64,000 bases of DNA from Octopus vulgaris (taxonomy: Eukaryota), in assembly GCA_951406725.2 (NCBI GenBank), contig OX597838.1, forward strand, positions 43,772,001 to 43,836,000, written 5' to 3'. This document shows positions 40,228-54,386 of the stretch, in pieces; positions within the stretch are counted from its first letter, which is position 1, and every line of letters starts with the position of its first letter. The position numbers were made by a program, and so were the translations under genes. The notes under the pieces are model-generated. The model was not told where the DNA came from. It worked only from the letters and a program-made list of their open reading frames with translations, and ran no database searches.

Positions 40228-40410
40228 ATGTGTGTGTGTGCGTGTATGTATATGCTGGTGTGTTTACTTTCCCGTCACTTAGCGGTTCGGCAAGAAAAAC
40301 CGATATAATAAGTACTAGGCTTACAAATAATAAGTCCTGGGGTCGATTTTCTCGACTAAAGGCGGTGCTCCAGCATGGCCACAGTCAAATGACTGAAACA
40401 AATAAAAGAA
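39999..40410 (+). mobile_element. SINE family B, full length, with internal (TA)/(TG) microsatellite
   Basis: A box tggctgtgtgataag, B box gggttcagtccc, CORE-like gcaccttgggcaagtgtctt, tail gactgaaacaaataaaag. Confidence 0.85.
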
Positions 40411-40489
40411 AAAAAGAAAAAGAAAGAAAAACATTGTGTGTATATATATATATAATATGTACATACATACATACATACATACATCTGGC

Positions 40490-40795
40490 ACTTCGTTACT
40501 TACGTCGACGAGGGTTCGAGTTGAACAGATCAACAGAATAGCTTGCTTGTGAAATTAACATGCAGATGGCTGAGTACTCCACAGATACATGTACCCTTAA
40601 CGTAGTTCTCGGGGAGATTCAGCATGACACAGAGTGTGACAAGGCCGGCCCTTTGAAATACAGGCACAACTCATTTTCGTCTGCTGGATCGATTGGATCA
40701 ACGTGAAACGAAGTGACTTGCTCGAGAACCCAACGCGCCATCGGGAATCGAACTCATGACATTACGATCGTCGGCCGAATATCCCTGACCACTAC
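40490..40795 (-). mobile_element. SINE family D variant with a different tail
   Basis: tRNA-like head on the minus strand (gtagtggtcaggg..gagttcgattcccg) and a D-like middle segment. Confidence 0.6.
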
Positions 40796-41055
40796 ATCCA
40801 TCCATCCATCAATCCATCCATCCATACATACTTTGTTGCATCATTCTGCCAATAATAAGCACTCGTACTGGTTCAGTATTAATTCTTTATTATTCGTGAA
40901 TTGATTAACTACTTAACCACCTGACTAATTAGCTGTTTGCGTAATCGTTCGATTATCCAATTAATCACTTCGATTGATAGAGTTCTTTCTTCACTATATG
41001 CAACTTCTTCAATAATATATCCTCTCTACTTCAACTCTATCTGCCTGTCTTTCTG

Positions 41056-41160
<105 letters not shown>

Positions 41161-41329
41161 TTATCTGTCTGTCTGACTGTCTGTATGTCTATCTGTCTAT
41201 CATATATATTATGTATATGTGTGTGTGTGCGTGTGTACGTGCGTGAGTGTGTACGTCTGTGTGTATGTATCTCTCTCTCCCTCTCTTCCTCTCTCTCTCT
41301 CTACTATCTCTCTCTCTCTCCCTCTCTCC

Positions 41330-41447
<118 letters not shown>

Positions 41448-42079
41448 CGCTTAGGCATTGCGAGCCTAATAACCCGGTGTAGAAGTCAATTTACGTATGT
41501 TTCAGGACGAAGTGTTTACTGAGGATGGAGCGGTTATAAGAGCGATGACAAAGGAATGGATGATTATCTTTTCAACTTCAATTAGCTTACAGCTGTTTCT
41601 CCTATAAGAAGCAGTGGACTCATTGTTGAGTGCATCACCCACCACACACCTCCTTACTCGAGAACCTTGAGAAAGCATTGCTACTGATGGTCAACGTATA
41701 AAATTTGCAGCACATGCATCCGCATTCCAGAAAGAACTCTCCGCCCAGATACCAGACAGAAGAAAATCCGGGAAATTACAAGTACTTTCAGACAAAACGG
41801 GAAATCTTTTACATCTGGATTTACCTACTTATAAGCAATTCATGCTTAAGGAACGAGTGAAATAAATATGGAGAAACGACTAAAAAAGACCTGAGGAAAA
41901 TAAACAAAACAGAATTCTTTCGCTCAAAACTCCCCTGGTTCAATCTTGAAGACCACAATCCAAATTTCTACGAAAGCTTGACCCCTCAGACGCTAGCCTT
42001 AATACCAACTCTAATAACACTACTCACTCTTCCCAAAAAATTAACATTAGCCGAAAAAAAAAAAAAAGAAAAACGAAGC

Positions 42080-42880
42080 CGGAGAATTACCTGGTATAAT
42101 CTTCCTTTCAATCTCCAAGTAAACATCGCATCTTCCTAACATTTTTCTCTGATTAAAAGGAATTTGCACCGCGCCACGGATATTACCAAATATTCAACAA
42201 ATTCACAAACTTTCTTACTTCATAACTCCCTATTTCGCTGACACTGTCTCTGGCACTAAGAACTTTAAGCTTAAGAAAGCAAAGACCCTTCATACAGAAC
42301 CTGACACACAACATAGGATTCCTTCTGGTCATAACTACTTTACAGTGACCGAATGACCAGCATTCGACGCTCACCGGTAATTCTAACTGCTTTTATCCCC
42401 CATCGCCTCACTCAACCCTTCGACAAGAATCTCTGGGCTTACATCTAACACCAACAGTTCCATCCCCACTACAGGTGGGGGCTACAATGACCAACACTTG
42501 TAGCTGTAGGAAAATGCATGGTTGCTCCTTTAATGGAATATGTTTCGCCAAAAGCATCATCTGCAAGTGTAAGGTTATTACTGCTGCGACAACTAAGTAT
42601 TACATAGGGGCTACGGCCAATACTTTCAAAAAACGATATTACACACACACACACACATTTAAAATCCCACGATTGGTACTAATGACATCACTCGCGGAGT
42701 ACATATAGAAGTTAAAAAACAAAAACAACTACTCACTCCATTGGAGCATGGTGAAACACGCTTCCCCTTACAATGGAGAAAGCAAACCTTGCCGATTGTG
42801 CACCCAAGAGGCAACACAGATCTTACTTTACGGCACACAACTTCAGAACAAAAGAAAATTTTCAAAACATTCAAATTATA
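42080..42880 (+). pseudogene. Decayed Penelope-like element (Naiad-like) linker + GIY-YIG fragment
   Basis: ITWYNLPF, CSCRKMHGCSFNGIC, YYIGATANTFKKRY..H..F, TSLAEYI*KLK, W..PYNGESKPCRLCTQE..NKR. Confidence 0.75.
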
Positions 42881-43001
42881 TTACAAACAGAACTCGGTAA
42901 CGACTCAAGCACTCTTCTATCAATTTCTAATCCCATAAACTCTTAATATTATCTTACTCATTTCTAGCCTTAAATATTATCCCCCCGGCTGCACACACAC
43001 G

Positions 43002-43062
<61 letters not shown>

Positions 43063-43184
43063 ACACAGACACACACACAGACACACACAGACACACACAC
43101 AGACACACACACAGACACACACACACAGACACACACACAGACACACACAGACACACACACAGACACACACACACACACATACTA

Positions 43185-43215
<31 letters not shown>

Positions 43216-43534
43216 CAAACGCCTTTTTCCCGATATCAAAGTAAGCTCTACATGTTTCTTTTTTTCACATATGGATTAACCCTAACCCTAACCGCTACTC
43301 CGCTCATTACGGACGTACTCCCCCGTTTCTTTATCTATAGGCACACATATATGCTTGTATACCCCAACACATAATAATGCCTTAATTAGCCGTACAACAT
43401 GCTTTCGTCTAACAGTTTCATTTATCTACATGTTCACTTTTCCATGTAGATTCGATGTTTCTACGCGAGCAAATGCAGAGACCCCTGATTCCCCTACATT
43501 TTATTCATGTATTTATTACTCTATATTTTCTTTA

Positions 43535-43629
<95 letters not shown>

Positions 43630-43755
43630 GTGTGTGTTTGTGTGTGTGTGCGTGCGTGCGTGTGTGTGCGTATGTGTGTGATATATATGTGCATGTGCTT
43701 TTTGTGTTTGGGTATGTATGTGGGTATATGTATGTGTATATATGTATACTTGTGC

Positions 43756-43789
<34 letters not shown>

Positions 43790-44479
43790 GGGGAGAGGTG
43801 GGAAAAGGGAGAGAGATAAGCATATATGTGTATGTATGTATATATATGTCTGTGTGTATATATATATATATATATATCGCTTGTAGGCCCCTGATGATGG
43901 TGTGAGGTAGGAAGTTATTCTCAGATCGGAGACATGTCCTAAACAATACAACATGCCGTCCCTTAAAAAGCATGAAAGAATCAGGCGTTGGTCTATTAAT
44001 TCAATCGTAAAGGGACAAGGGACATTTAGGCGCCATTTTGAGACGAAAACGGGCGAACCCCCTTTAAGTGTACAACATGTTCCTCGTCAAAAGTGCTACC
44101 CTTGCGTGACATCCGCCACCCAACCAGAAACCACTTCAATAGGCAGGCTAAACCAAGTGAGGGTAGTCAACAGGCATATAGCTGTTGGTGAGTTAGGCCT
44201 TACCTACCTTTGCATATGAAGACTGGTTCTGACTCTGCGGAAGAAACCACCATCATTGGAGGAAGAGAATTTTCTCTGTAGTCAAGTATTTTAGAGGGAA
44301 GAGGGTCAGGTGAGGCAAGTAACACATCCTGGTCATCTGCTTCATGTATTTCCATCCTCTTGACCTGGTCTTGCCACTGAATCGAAAATGGTCAAGAACG
44401 AGAGCGTGAGTTTCACGGTGCACAAATCTACTTAAAACAAAGTAAATGTGTTAAATCATTTTCTTCTCTGCGCCCTTTT

Positions 44480-44950
44480 TAAAGCCCAGCCAGGCTCATG
44501 GGCCCGGTTTCCCGGTTTCAATGGCGTATGTGTGTTCCCCAGCCAGTCCATCGCGGCGTTACTCATTTTTGCCAGTTGAGTGGACTGGAGCAACGTGAAA
44601 TGAAGTGTTTTGCTCAAGAACACAACGCGTCGCCCGGTCCAGGAATCGAAACTACAATCTTACGATCATGATGCTGATACCCGAACCACTAAGTCACGCG
44701 CCTCCACTGTTAAATCATCAGTCATTGCTTATTGGATTTTAAGGCGGCGAGCTGGCAGAATCGTTAACACACCGGACGAAATGCTTAGCGGAATTTCGTC
44801 CGTCCTTAATTTCTGAGTTCAAATTCCGCCGAGGTCGTCTTTGTCTTTCATCTTTTCGGCGTCGATAATATAAGTACCAGTTGTGTACTGGTGTCGATAC
44901 TATCGACTTGCTCCTCCTCTGAACTTGCTAGCCCTGTGACAAAATTTGAA
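44480..44950. mobile_element. SINE family D (44480-44705 minus) and family A (44743-44950 plus), head to head
   Basis: A/B boxes and homology to other copies in the window. Confidence 0.8.
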
Positions 44951-45496
44951 ATCCTGAAGTATAGCATAGTTAAACGAACATAACTCATATCTATTTTGGA
45001 AAGAAGAATACTTCTTTGGAAAGAAGAATTCTTTTAGACTACGTAACAAAGACTGCAATTATGAAGTGTCAACGACGTCACCTATACAACTGTACTTGTC
45101 GCTCTGCGGCGTGTCATAAATATTTAAATACCATTTAAATATAAAATCCAGTGATGTTTTTCAAATATGCTGCCTTTTGTACAGCAAGGTGGTGTTTAAT
45201 GAAATGAATTACAAACAGAAGTTGCTTTTCGGTTTTTATGTTTCATAACCTCGCAGAGGCATTTCTTTTACACAATAGCTGAATGAATAAAACATGATAT
45301 TCAATCAATAAATTGACATTCACTTATGTATCTCATTTAATTATTTCGATTCTATATCTATACATACATACATACAAACATACATACATACATACATACA
45401 TACATACATACATACATACATACATACATACATACATACATACATACATACATACATACATACATACATACATACATACATACATACATACATTCA

Positions 45497-45526
<30 letters not shown>

Positions 45527-45527
<1 letters not shown>

Positions 45528-45911
45528 CTCTCTCTATATAAACGGCAGTTTGTCTGTGCGTGTTTCTGTGTGTCTGTTTGCTTGTACCCTCACCCTGACC
45601 ACGGCTTTCAACCGATTCTGATGAAACTTGACACACACATAGCCCAATGTCATAATTCAAAACTAACGCAGCGAAAATTTTGAAAAGTTCCCCCAGTTCT
45701 GAAAAAAATCGATACATTCGACATGGGGTCGAGAATCAGGAATACGAACCACAAACTGTCTAGGGGACGCAACTCTACCTTTTTTAAATCTCAAAAAAAA
45801 ATTTACCATCATTTTTTTCCATTTTTTTGCTATTTTTTGGCTATAACTCTCTAAAAATGCTTTATAGTTATTTCCCTTACAAACCTGAGCAACGCCGGGC
45901 GATACTGCTAG
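45527..45911 (+). mobile_element. Non-autonomous Helitron (~385 bp)
   Basis: A|TCTCTCTCTATATAAA 5' end, GTCT-like subterminal repeats, 3' hairpin cctgagcaacgccggg then CTAG|T. No TSD. Confidence 0.75.
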
Positions 45912-45912
45912 T

Positions 45913-45979
<67 letters not shown>

Positions 45980-47436
45980 CGGTTGTGTATCCATTTACGT
46001 CACAGTGGTTTGATGATGTAAATAGATTTAATTCAATTTCATTACCATTTTCTTTTGAAATAGCGTTGCCCATTGGACCGTGGTTAGTTCTTCCATTGGC
46101 ATCTATAGCGTACCTCTTTCCCACCCCTCCGCACACCCTGGGTGATTTGAAATCAACAAACGAACAATTATGAGTCATTAGCGAGATATTTGCATCTTCT
46201 CGTGACGCACGAGATCGGAGAAATGCACAACGTGGCTAAACCAATTTCCATACCCGCAGCCATTTTTAAACACTCGCGCATTCTACAATCCGCTGTTCCA
46301 TAAGTTTTTCGTCTTTTATCTTTTATTTGTTTCAGTCATTAGATTGGGGTCATGCTGGGGCACCACCTTCAAGAACGTGTGGTCGAATAAATCGGCTGAA
46401 CCCGGAACCACGTGCTTGGGAAGAACACTTCTTATCACACAGCAACGCCTACATACATACATACATACATACATACATACATACATACATACATACACAC
46501 ATAATACACACACACATACATACATACATACACACATACATACATACATACATACATACATACATACATACATACATACATACATACATACATACATACA
46601 TACATACATACATACATACACAGACGCATACATACATACATACATACATACATACATACATACATACATACATACATACACACATACATACATACATACA
46701 TACATACATACATACATACATACATACATACATACACACATACACACATACATATTTCAAATCAAAGATGAGAAAGCAGACCAGTTCAACAATTCAACAA
46801 CATTACAATATAAACCGAGCCAAAAAGAGTAATTATAATATATTTAATGCATTTCTCATTGAAAAGTTCAATACCGAAATAATACTAAAATTATTCAATA
46901 TTGAAACGATACTAAAAATTTCAAAATTAAACACCAAAATTATTAAAAATATAATGGACATATATGTTCGATAAATTATGAAAATGTATGAGAACAGCAA
47001 TACTATGAGTTCCATAATGACCAACACCATCAAAAACACAACAAACTTTAACAAGAATGTCACAACAGCAACAACCATCCACGCAGCAGCGGAATTTGGT
47101 GCTAGTGAGAAGGGCCAATGAGAAGCTGGTGGCTCTCAAAGCACAAAATGAGAACATTGAAACAGGGTGGGGGGGGGGGGGTGATCTGCAGCCCCAACAC
47201 TTTTAGAGTATCGGAGATCCTAATGATGGTGCGAATGACATTAGGGACTTTACGAGCATTAAGCGAAGGTACCCGTATGACATTGGATCTCCTTGTGTAA
47301 CGGTCAACAAATGGCTTTTAAAGGAGCTTCCAGAGGAATTCAACAAAACAGAATGGGTTGGAGAACCACTCGACCACAACCAGCACCAGAAGGGTAAGTG
47401 GCATTCCCTTTTCCCTTTCTTTACTTCCTGGCTAAC

Positions 47437-50175
47437 ATGGAGGTTCTTAAAGTAGGTTCTATAAATGTACGTAGGCTGGGGTCGTCGTGGAAGCAAGGAC
47501 GCTTGCGTAACTACCTCAGGTGGCTAAGTATTGATGTAACAGCTATCAGTGTAATTAGGATTGCGGACATACGGGCCTTGGCATCTATTTTCGATGACTG
47601 AGTATTCGCATCTCTTAGTTGACGAGGTATGGGGGTGGTGGTAGTGTTGTTCAGAAGAGGCTTGGATCTCGAGATATGTCGGTCCTCCTGGACCCGGAAA
47701 GGTAAGTCGGTGGTCTTGGACGGGAACAATAACGAAGACAGTGCTTTTAGACTGGTCGCAGTGTACGCACCGACTGGAGCGGGGTAGCCAGACTTCTTCA
47801 GACGTCTGGAGGCCTCTCTAGGGACGTCTTACCCTTTAGTGTTAGCGGGCAATTGGAACGCCATTTTGGATGCATGTGGATTGGGTGGCGCTAGTGGATA
47901 GGAAAGTGGGGTGTGCAAGCCTGGCAAATCTTTTCTGTCGTCCACAGCTGGCGGACAGGTTCAGACAGGATTTCCCGAATACTCCAGTGTGGACATGGGC
48001 AAACAGTGTCGGGTCATCCAGATCTTACCTAGACAGGGTATTTTGTAGGCCAGCAGATAGGAATAGCATAGGTTGTTCGCAATTTGGATTCGTCAACTAC
48101 ACAGACCACAAATTTGTTATCTGTACAGTTGACCTAGATAGGCTCCATAGGCAGGTCCCCGGGGACTGAAAGCTGAACGCATCCTTCCCGGCGCGTCAAG
48201 CTTTCAGCGACCGGCTTAGCAAGTTAGTCCATCGAAAGTTGGTGGGTGCAGTCGTCAACAACCGATGGCGGCGGGCCCTAAAACGGGCGATTAGAGTAGA
48301 AGCTGTAGAATTTAGTAGAAGACTAGCGATAGAAAAAAACTAGAGTAGAGGGAGACCTAGTTAGGAAATTAGAAGAGGCACTCAGTAGAGGCTTACCGAC
48401 CGATGTGCTGGCAGTGAGATTGGTTCTGAACCAATTCTTCAACACCAAGCATGAAGGTTGCATTGTCAGAGTTAGGGTAAGATTCTAGGGCACGAGGCAA
48501 TTAAAGCCGTTCGATGGGCTCGGGCAGCCGAGACGCAACGTGTCAATAAAACCACAATTCGTCCTTTGATGAGTCGGGATGTGCGCATGCTACGCGAGTC
48601 CGAACAGAGTTGTACGGAATTTCAAGGACACTTTCCTGAACTGTACGAGGCGCACGGTGGACGAAGGTGAACTTTACCTCCTACCTCGATGGACTGCCGC
48701 AGTTTTCAGCCAGGGATATGGAGTTCTGCGAAATGCCGATAACAGCGGAAGATATACGTGATGCACTGGACAGTTGCACGAGGGAGAAGTCTCGGGGATT
48801 GGATGGTATGCCCTTCGAACTTTATATTCATATGCTTGACTTGTTCCGTGAGAGATTTCGGTAGATGTCTACTGCAACTGGCAGCTGAACGGGAGAATCC
48901 CCAGTCAGTGAACCGAGGTGTGGTGACGCTACTGAGATAACTTGAGGCTTGTAGCTCTGCTAAATGCAGATTTTAAAAAAATTTGGCCGAGGTGTAAGCA
49001 AAACAGTTGCCGCTTGTCGTGGCCAGACTGGTGGGTGATACACAGACTTTCTCTACCCCTAACAGATCTATCCACGACAACCTCTACCTCACGCGATACA
49101 TCATAGAGAGGGTTGGCAAAGAATCTGGCATGGGTGGGGCCCTGATCAATTTCGATCAGTCGAAAGCCTTCGATAGGGTCGACCATCGGTACTTGGAAGC
49201 TGTCCTTATATCGGCCGGTTTCGGTCCCGTTTTCAGAGGATGGCTCGCTGCAATGTACAGCGACATCTGTTCGGTGGCCAAAGTAAATGGCCAGCTCTCA
49301 GAATCGTTTAGCATCGCCCGTTCGGTCCGTAAAAGAAGGTCGCTCTAACCCCTTCTCTACATACTGGCACACCTGCCATTACTGCGGAAGGTGGATGTTT
49401 TGGGGGGCATCCCGCGTGAGCTAGGATGCGGAAGAGTTGTGTCAGCGTATGCAGACGATGTCACCGTGATAGTGTCGGTTGTCTCTGAAATAGAGATGAT
49501 CGACACTGCCCTAAAGGAAATACGAAGCGGTGACAAGAGGTAATGTTTAACCAGGAGAAATGAGTAGGCCTGCAGCTCGACAGCTGGAGAGGCATGTCCA
49601 TGCCGACCGACAGCCTTGTGGGGCGCTGGACGGAAGAACTGGTTAAGTTGCTGGGGGTCTGGTTCGGTTCGGATATCCAAGTGGACAAGAAGTGGGGCGA
49701 TGTGACAGATAGGGTGGCCAGTTTTACCCAGAAATGGGCCGAGAGGAAGCTGTCTCTGAAAGGTCGGGCGGAAGTGGCGAATGTGTACATCGCATCCGTC
49801 ATATACTACCGCCTGACTGTCGTCCCTTATCCCGTTTCGCGGCTGAGCCGGCTAGTGCATTTGATTTTCTGCTTCCTGTGGAGGAAACAGGTACCGCTTT
49901 TCAGACGGTCCATTTTCTGTCCGCAGCCGTTGCTAGGAGGGCTGGGAATGCCGTGGCTGAGGATGCGCAGACATGCGCTGAGTTTGCAACATCTCCAGCG
50001 ATACTTTAACAGTATACAGATGTGGTTGCCGTTTGCTGCACGCGCTTTTCCGCTGCTCGACTCCTTGACGGACCTACAGTGCTTGATCAGGCATAGACTG
50101 AGACAGGGTACTTGGCACCTAGAGTGTTTCCAAGCGCTCACAGCCTTCGGCCAGTCGGGCAATGCGATCGATGGA
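47437..50175 (+). pseudogene. Decayed Tx1/L1-group LINE ORF2 (APE endonuclease + RT)
   Basis: GSINVRRL, LVAVYAP, LAGNWNA, SYLDRVF, YTDHKFV, SRGLDGMPFELY, LLNADFK, FDQSKAFDRVDH, SAYADDV, LLGVWF, LSLKGRAEVAN, GGLGMP. Many stops and frameshifts. Confidence 0.9.
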
Positions 50176-50333
50176 AGTTCCAATTCCTGTCAACATATAG
50201 CTACGATGCTTCCCCACTACTTCTGCTCGTGATCAGAGATGTACATATTGTCAGCCACTAAGGGATATGCTCAAGTGGTTAAGGTCAAACAACTGACAAG
50301 CAAATATGTGGTATTATTATTATTATTATTATT

Positions 50334-51980
50334 CTATGTTTGACTTTTGCTTTACATTCTCACAAGCTGGCTCCAAGTCTAACCCAGAGATCTCAAGAGA
50401 CAACAAGTTAGAAGTTCATGCTGGTGTTATGCCTAGTATGCCATATATTTGGTTTTGTACTTAGTGTTGTACTAATGAATGTCTAAAAAACTATACGAAA
50501 ATTATGTTTGTTTTAAAGCTTGAGATTACATAGAAAGTATTTTGCGTAGGATATGAGCAGTTCCCACGGGCACTATCTTTTGAATTTCTGCCATTTTGGG
50601 GTTTCTTGGTATCTGAGTTAGGTAGCAATTAGCCCCCTTTACTATCATTCCCAGGGCACCTATGACAACTGGTATTGTTTTAGTCTTCAGGTTCCACATT
50701 TTGCTGATTTCTATTTCAAGATCTTTATATTTGCTCAGTTTTTGATAGGTCTTGACAGATACGATTATATCGATTGGGACAGTCATATCAATGAGGAGGC
50801 ATGTTTTCTGATTGAAGTCTTTCAATATGATGTCTGGCCTATTTGCATCAATCTTTCTTCCAGTTTGAATGGTGAAGTTCCAGAGGGGTGAGATGTGATC
50901 ATTTTCAAGCACTAGAGTTGGTTTGTATTCCCACCAGTTTTTATCATGGGGCAAGTCCAGGCTTTTGCAAATTATCCAGTGAATATATAGTGCAGCTCTA
51001 TCATGCCTGTTGAGATACTCTGTAGGCGCAAGAAGACTGCATTTGGAGACAACATGGTCAATGGTTTCATTTTGTTGTTGACATACACGACATGTTGGGC
51101 TACTGCATTTCTTTAATATGTAGGCCTGGTAGTTCCTTGTAGGTAGGCTATGATAAACCCTTCTGTTTCAGATTTTAAGCCAGAGGCCATTAGCCATTGA
51201 TGGGTCAGGGCTTTGTCAACATCTGCATTATTCGCTCTCTTTGGGTATTTGCCATTGAGAGGTTTTCCTTGCCATTTATCAATCAGAATATCTAAGGCCG
51301 CAGTTTTAGCACGGGTTTTCATGCGCTTAGCTTTTTCTGTGTTTGTTTCTTGTATGTCTAATTCCGAAATTTGTTGTATTCGGAATTCACTTAGATATTC
51401 CTTTGCCTGTTTTGTTACTGAGTATGATGCTTTCTTGTTTTCATGTTTTGAGACAAGTTTTAACATCCAGTCCTCAGACTTTTTCAGGTAGGTGTCTAAG
51501 CCAATTGTAGCAATCTTCATTGTTATTGCCAGTTGTAAAAGTCCACGGCCTCCCTCTTTTCTTGGCAGGTAAAGTCGTTCTATATCTGCCTTAGGGTGGT
51601 GCATTCTATGCATTGTCAACAGGTTTCGTATTTTTCTGTTAAGATTACATATTTCAGTAATTGACCAGTTAACGATATTGAAACTGTAAGTCACGACTGG
51701 TATGGCTAAAACATTCATCGCTTCGATCCTGCTTCTCGCATTCAGCTCTGTCTTGAGTATTGCTCTTACTCTGCGATAACATTCTCTCCTGATCTTTTCC
51801 TTCATCATTGAATGCCTTACTCCGTCCCCTTCAATTACCCCTAGGTTTGTAGCTCTCCGCTGGGTCTAACTCTTTTATGACATTCTGCTGGTCAAGGTTA
51901 ACGTTAGATGTTTCTGTCATCTTTCCTTTGACAAAGGTGGCTTTTGCACATTTATCGAGGCCAAATTGCATTCTGATATT
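50334..51980 (-). mobile_element. Second R4/Dong-clade family, 5'-truncated, with 3' end in (TAA)n
   Basis: MQFGLDKCAK, YRRVRAILKTELNA, MHHPKADIERLY..GGRGL, RPDIIL..LIDMTVP..KLSKYKDLEIEI. Flanked by (ATT)n at 50312-50333 and (ATC)n at 51980-52023. Confidence 0.9.
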
Positions 51981-52024
<44 letters not shown>

Positions 52025-52696
52025 TTCAGTTTGCCAAGAATCGGAGAAAGATCAGAGGGAAAAATGAATGCGTTTGGTTGATGTATAATCAAATGAAAAA
52101 CACAGATACTGGTAACATCCAATGGCAGCTTCAAATGAGAATGTTCGACGGTAATTCATAGTGAGAAGTGGTGTATGATTGTACGTATGTATTCTCCACC
52201 ACTGCTTGATAACCGGCGATGTTCTGTTTACGTCCTCATAACCTGGTGGTTCGGAAAAGAAGTAACTACTGGGTCGATTTCTTCGACCGAAATACGAAAG
52301 TCGGCGTCCCGTCATGGTTGCGGCCCAGTGACTGAAAGAAGTGACATATAAAATATATATTGCATTTCCCTTTCAAGTAAAGTTTTTTTTTCTTGGCAAT
52401 ATTCCTAGCAGACTTTACCATATGACATCGATGTAATTTATTGTTTTGTTGCCCTTTGCCAGCTTCCGGTCGGTTTGTCGTGCGGTAAAAAGAAAAAAAA
52501 AACATTTACCAGTTTTACATTATTTACTTCTGGGTGGCTTCTGCTTAAGTTCATATCCCTCAAGGGGGTCGGTCAACTTTGCCTTTGAATTTGTTATCGT
52601 AATCATCATCATCATTATCGTCATCATCATCACTATCATCATTATTATTATTTTCCTATACACACAACAGATTAGACTGTTGGAAAAAAAATTCTA

Positions 52697-53150
52697 ACAC
52701 CGGGCTACAAAAAGTAACCTTAGATGGCAAAACCCCTCCTAAGTATCCTAACTGTCCCAAATAACATTATATCGGAAGCTGTACTGAACTGGGTTTTATA
52801 CCCATTTCTTCCATCCATCTATTCGAACCTTTAGGGATAGTTCCCTATGCACCTATGAATACAGAGATACACTTTACTCGCACATTCCATACTCTCTGTA
52901 ACTCAATGGTTAGGTCCTGGTACTTTGCTATTTTTTCCATACTCCTCATATTGATTTTTCATCTTTTGGGACTGTAAAGTCAGCTATCTGGGACTTTCTA
53001 TTCTCTACCCTGCATTTGCCTTCCTTAATACTAAACTGAGGGGTTTCAAGCATAAGACAAATATTAAAGAGGATAACGAGTCTCCTTGAAAAATTCCTCT
53101 TTCGATATTTATCTTCCCGAAGACTGTCACTTGAGTAGAGATCTGTCTGT
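52697..53150 (-). pseudogene. Internally deleted R4/Dong-like relic (RT domain 4 fused to the RLE end)
   Basis: Minus strand QGDSLSSLIFVLC is followed within ~150 nt by KIAKYQDLTIELQRVWNVRVKCISVFIGA.GTIP. Confidence 0.6.
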
Positions 53151-53269
53151 CTTCACTTTCGGGATCAACTTTGCCCTTCATCCTTTCGATATCGATAAAT
53201 CAAGTACCAGTGAAACACTGGAATCGATGTAATAGACAAGTTTCCTCCTCACAAAAATTAGTAGAAACG

Positions 53270-53420
53270 ATTATTCTTATTAGTCAATAGTTTTATTTTC
53301 TTCACCTGCTTTCACAGCATTACCGAGCGCAGCTCTTTGGGACTTGGGTATGTGGCGTCGTTGGTTTTGCTGTTATCATTTCTTAGTGTATTGAATGTGC
53401 TTTACGTAGGATGTGTACAC
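53270..53420 (-). mobile_element. Short 3'-end copy related to the 20609-23327 R4/Dong family
   Basis: cacatcctacg..cacatacccaag..agagctgcgctcggta..gtgaaagca..aaaataaaacta matches 23195-23327. Confidence 0.7.
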
Positions 53421-53570
53421 TGTAATAGTGTACACATTATAAACACTGTAATAGTGTACACATTATAAACACTGTAATAGTGTACACATTATAAACAGTA
53501 ATAATAACAATAATAACAAACCCAAAAAGCAGTGCTTTTTTGGTTTGTTATTATTGTTATTATTACTGTT
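53417..53570. repeat. 3 x 26-bp tandem repeat followed by a ~38-bp-arm hairpin
   Basis: Unit acactgtaatagtgtacacattataa at 53417, 53443 and 53469. Then aaacagtaataataacaataataacaaacc / ggtttgttattattgttattattactgttt. Confidence 0.9.
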
Positions 53571-53748
53571 TGTAAGTTACCGAAGTTTAGTTCTGGCGGG
53601 TATTTTGTAATTTTACATTCTTTTCCCTTTTATTCTCTCTCATATATTTCGGAAGTATCAGTTTCTTAAATTTCTTGTTAGGTTTCTAGTTAACATTGTC
53701 AATTTCATCAAGTGTTGATACATAATTTCTTTTAAATTCTATATATCC

Positions 53749-53786
<38 letters not shown>

Positions 53787-53793
53787 CACGAGC

Positions 53794-53849
<56 letters not shown>

Positions 53850-53952
53850 ATGCACACACACATGTATACATGTTGTGAGTATAGGTTTGTGTGTGTTTGC
53901 AAGTGTATGTGCATCTTTGTATGTGTGTGTATGTGTGTGTTTGTGTGTGCGA

Positions 53953-53984
<32 letters not shown>

Positions 53985-54104
53985 TTAGACCCAGCATGGC
54001 CACAGCTCGTGAGCTGAAACTAGATAAAATAAAATAAAATAAAAATATGTATATATATATGTATATGTATATATATGTATATATGTATATGTATATATAT
54101 GTAG

Positions 54105-54181
<77 letters not shown>

Positions 54182-54287
54182 ATATATGCATATATGTATA
54201 TATATATATGTATGTATATGTATATATATATATTATATATATATGTAAATATATATATATGTATATATGTATATATGTATATATATG

Positions 54288-54320
<33 letters not shown>

Positions 54321-54329
54321 GTATATATG

Positions 54330-54386
<57 letters not shown>

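Noticed and set aside
43885-43940. CTGATGA...GAGACATGTC downstream of the 42-kb PLE fragment
   Set aside because: GAAA is mutated and there is no stem I partner. A plausible relic, but unsupported.
44100-44300. GC-richer segment resembling a LINE 5' UTR
   Set aside because: No ORF, termini or second copy to support a call.
53417-53495. CRISPR-like reading of the 26-bp repeats
   Set aside because: No spacers, no cas genes, and a eukaryotic context.
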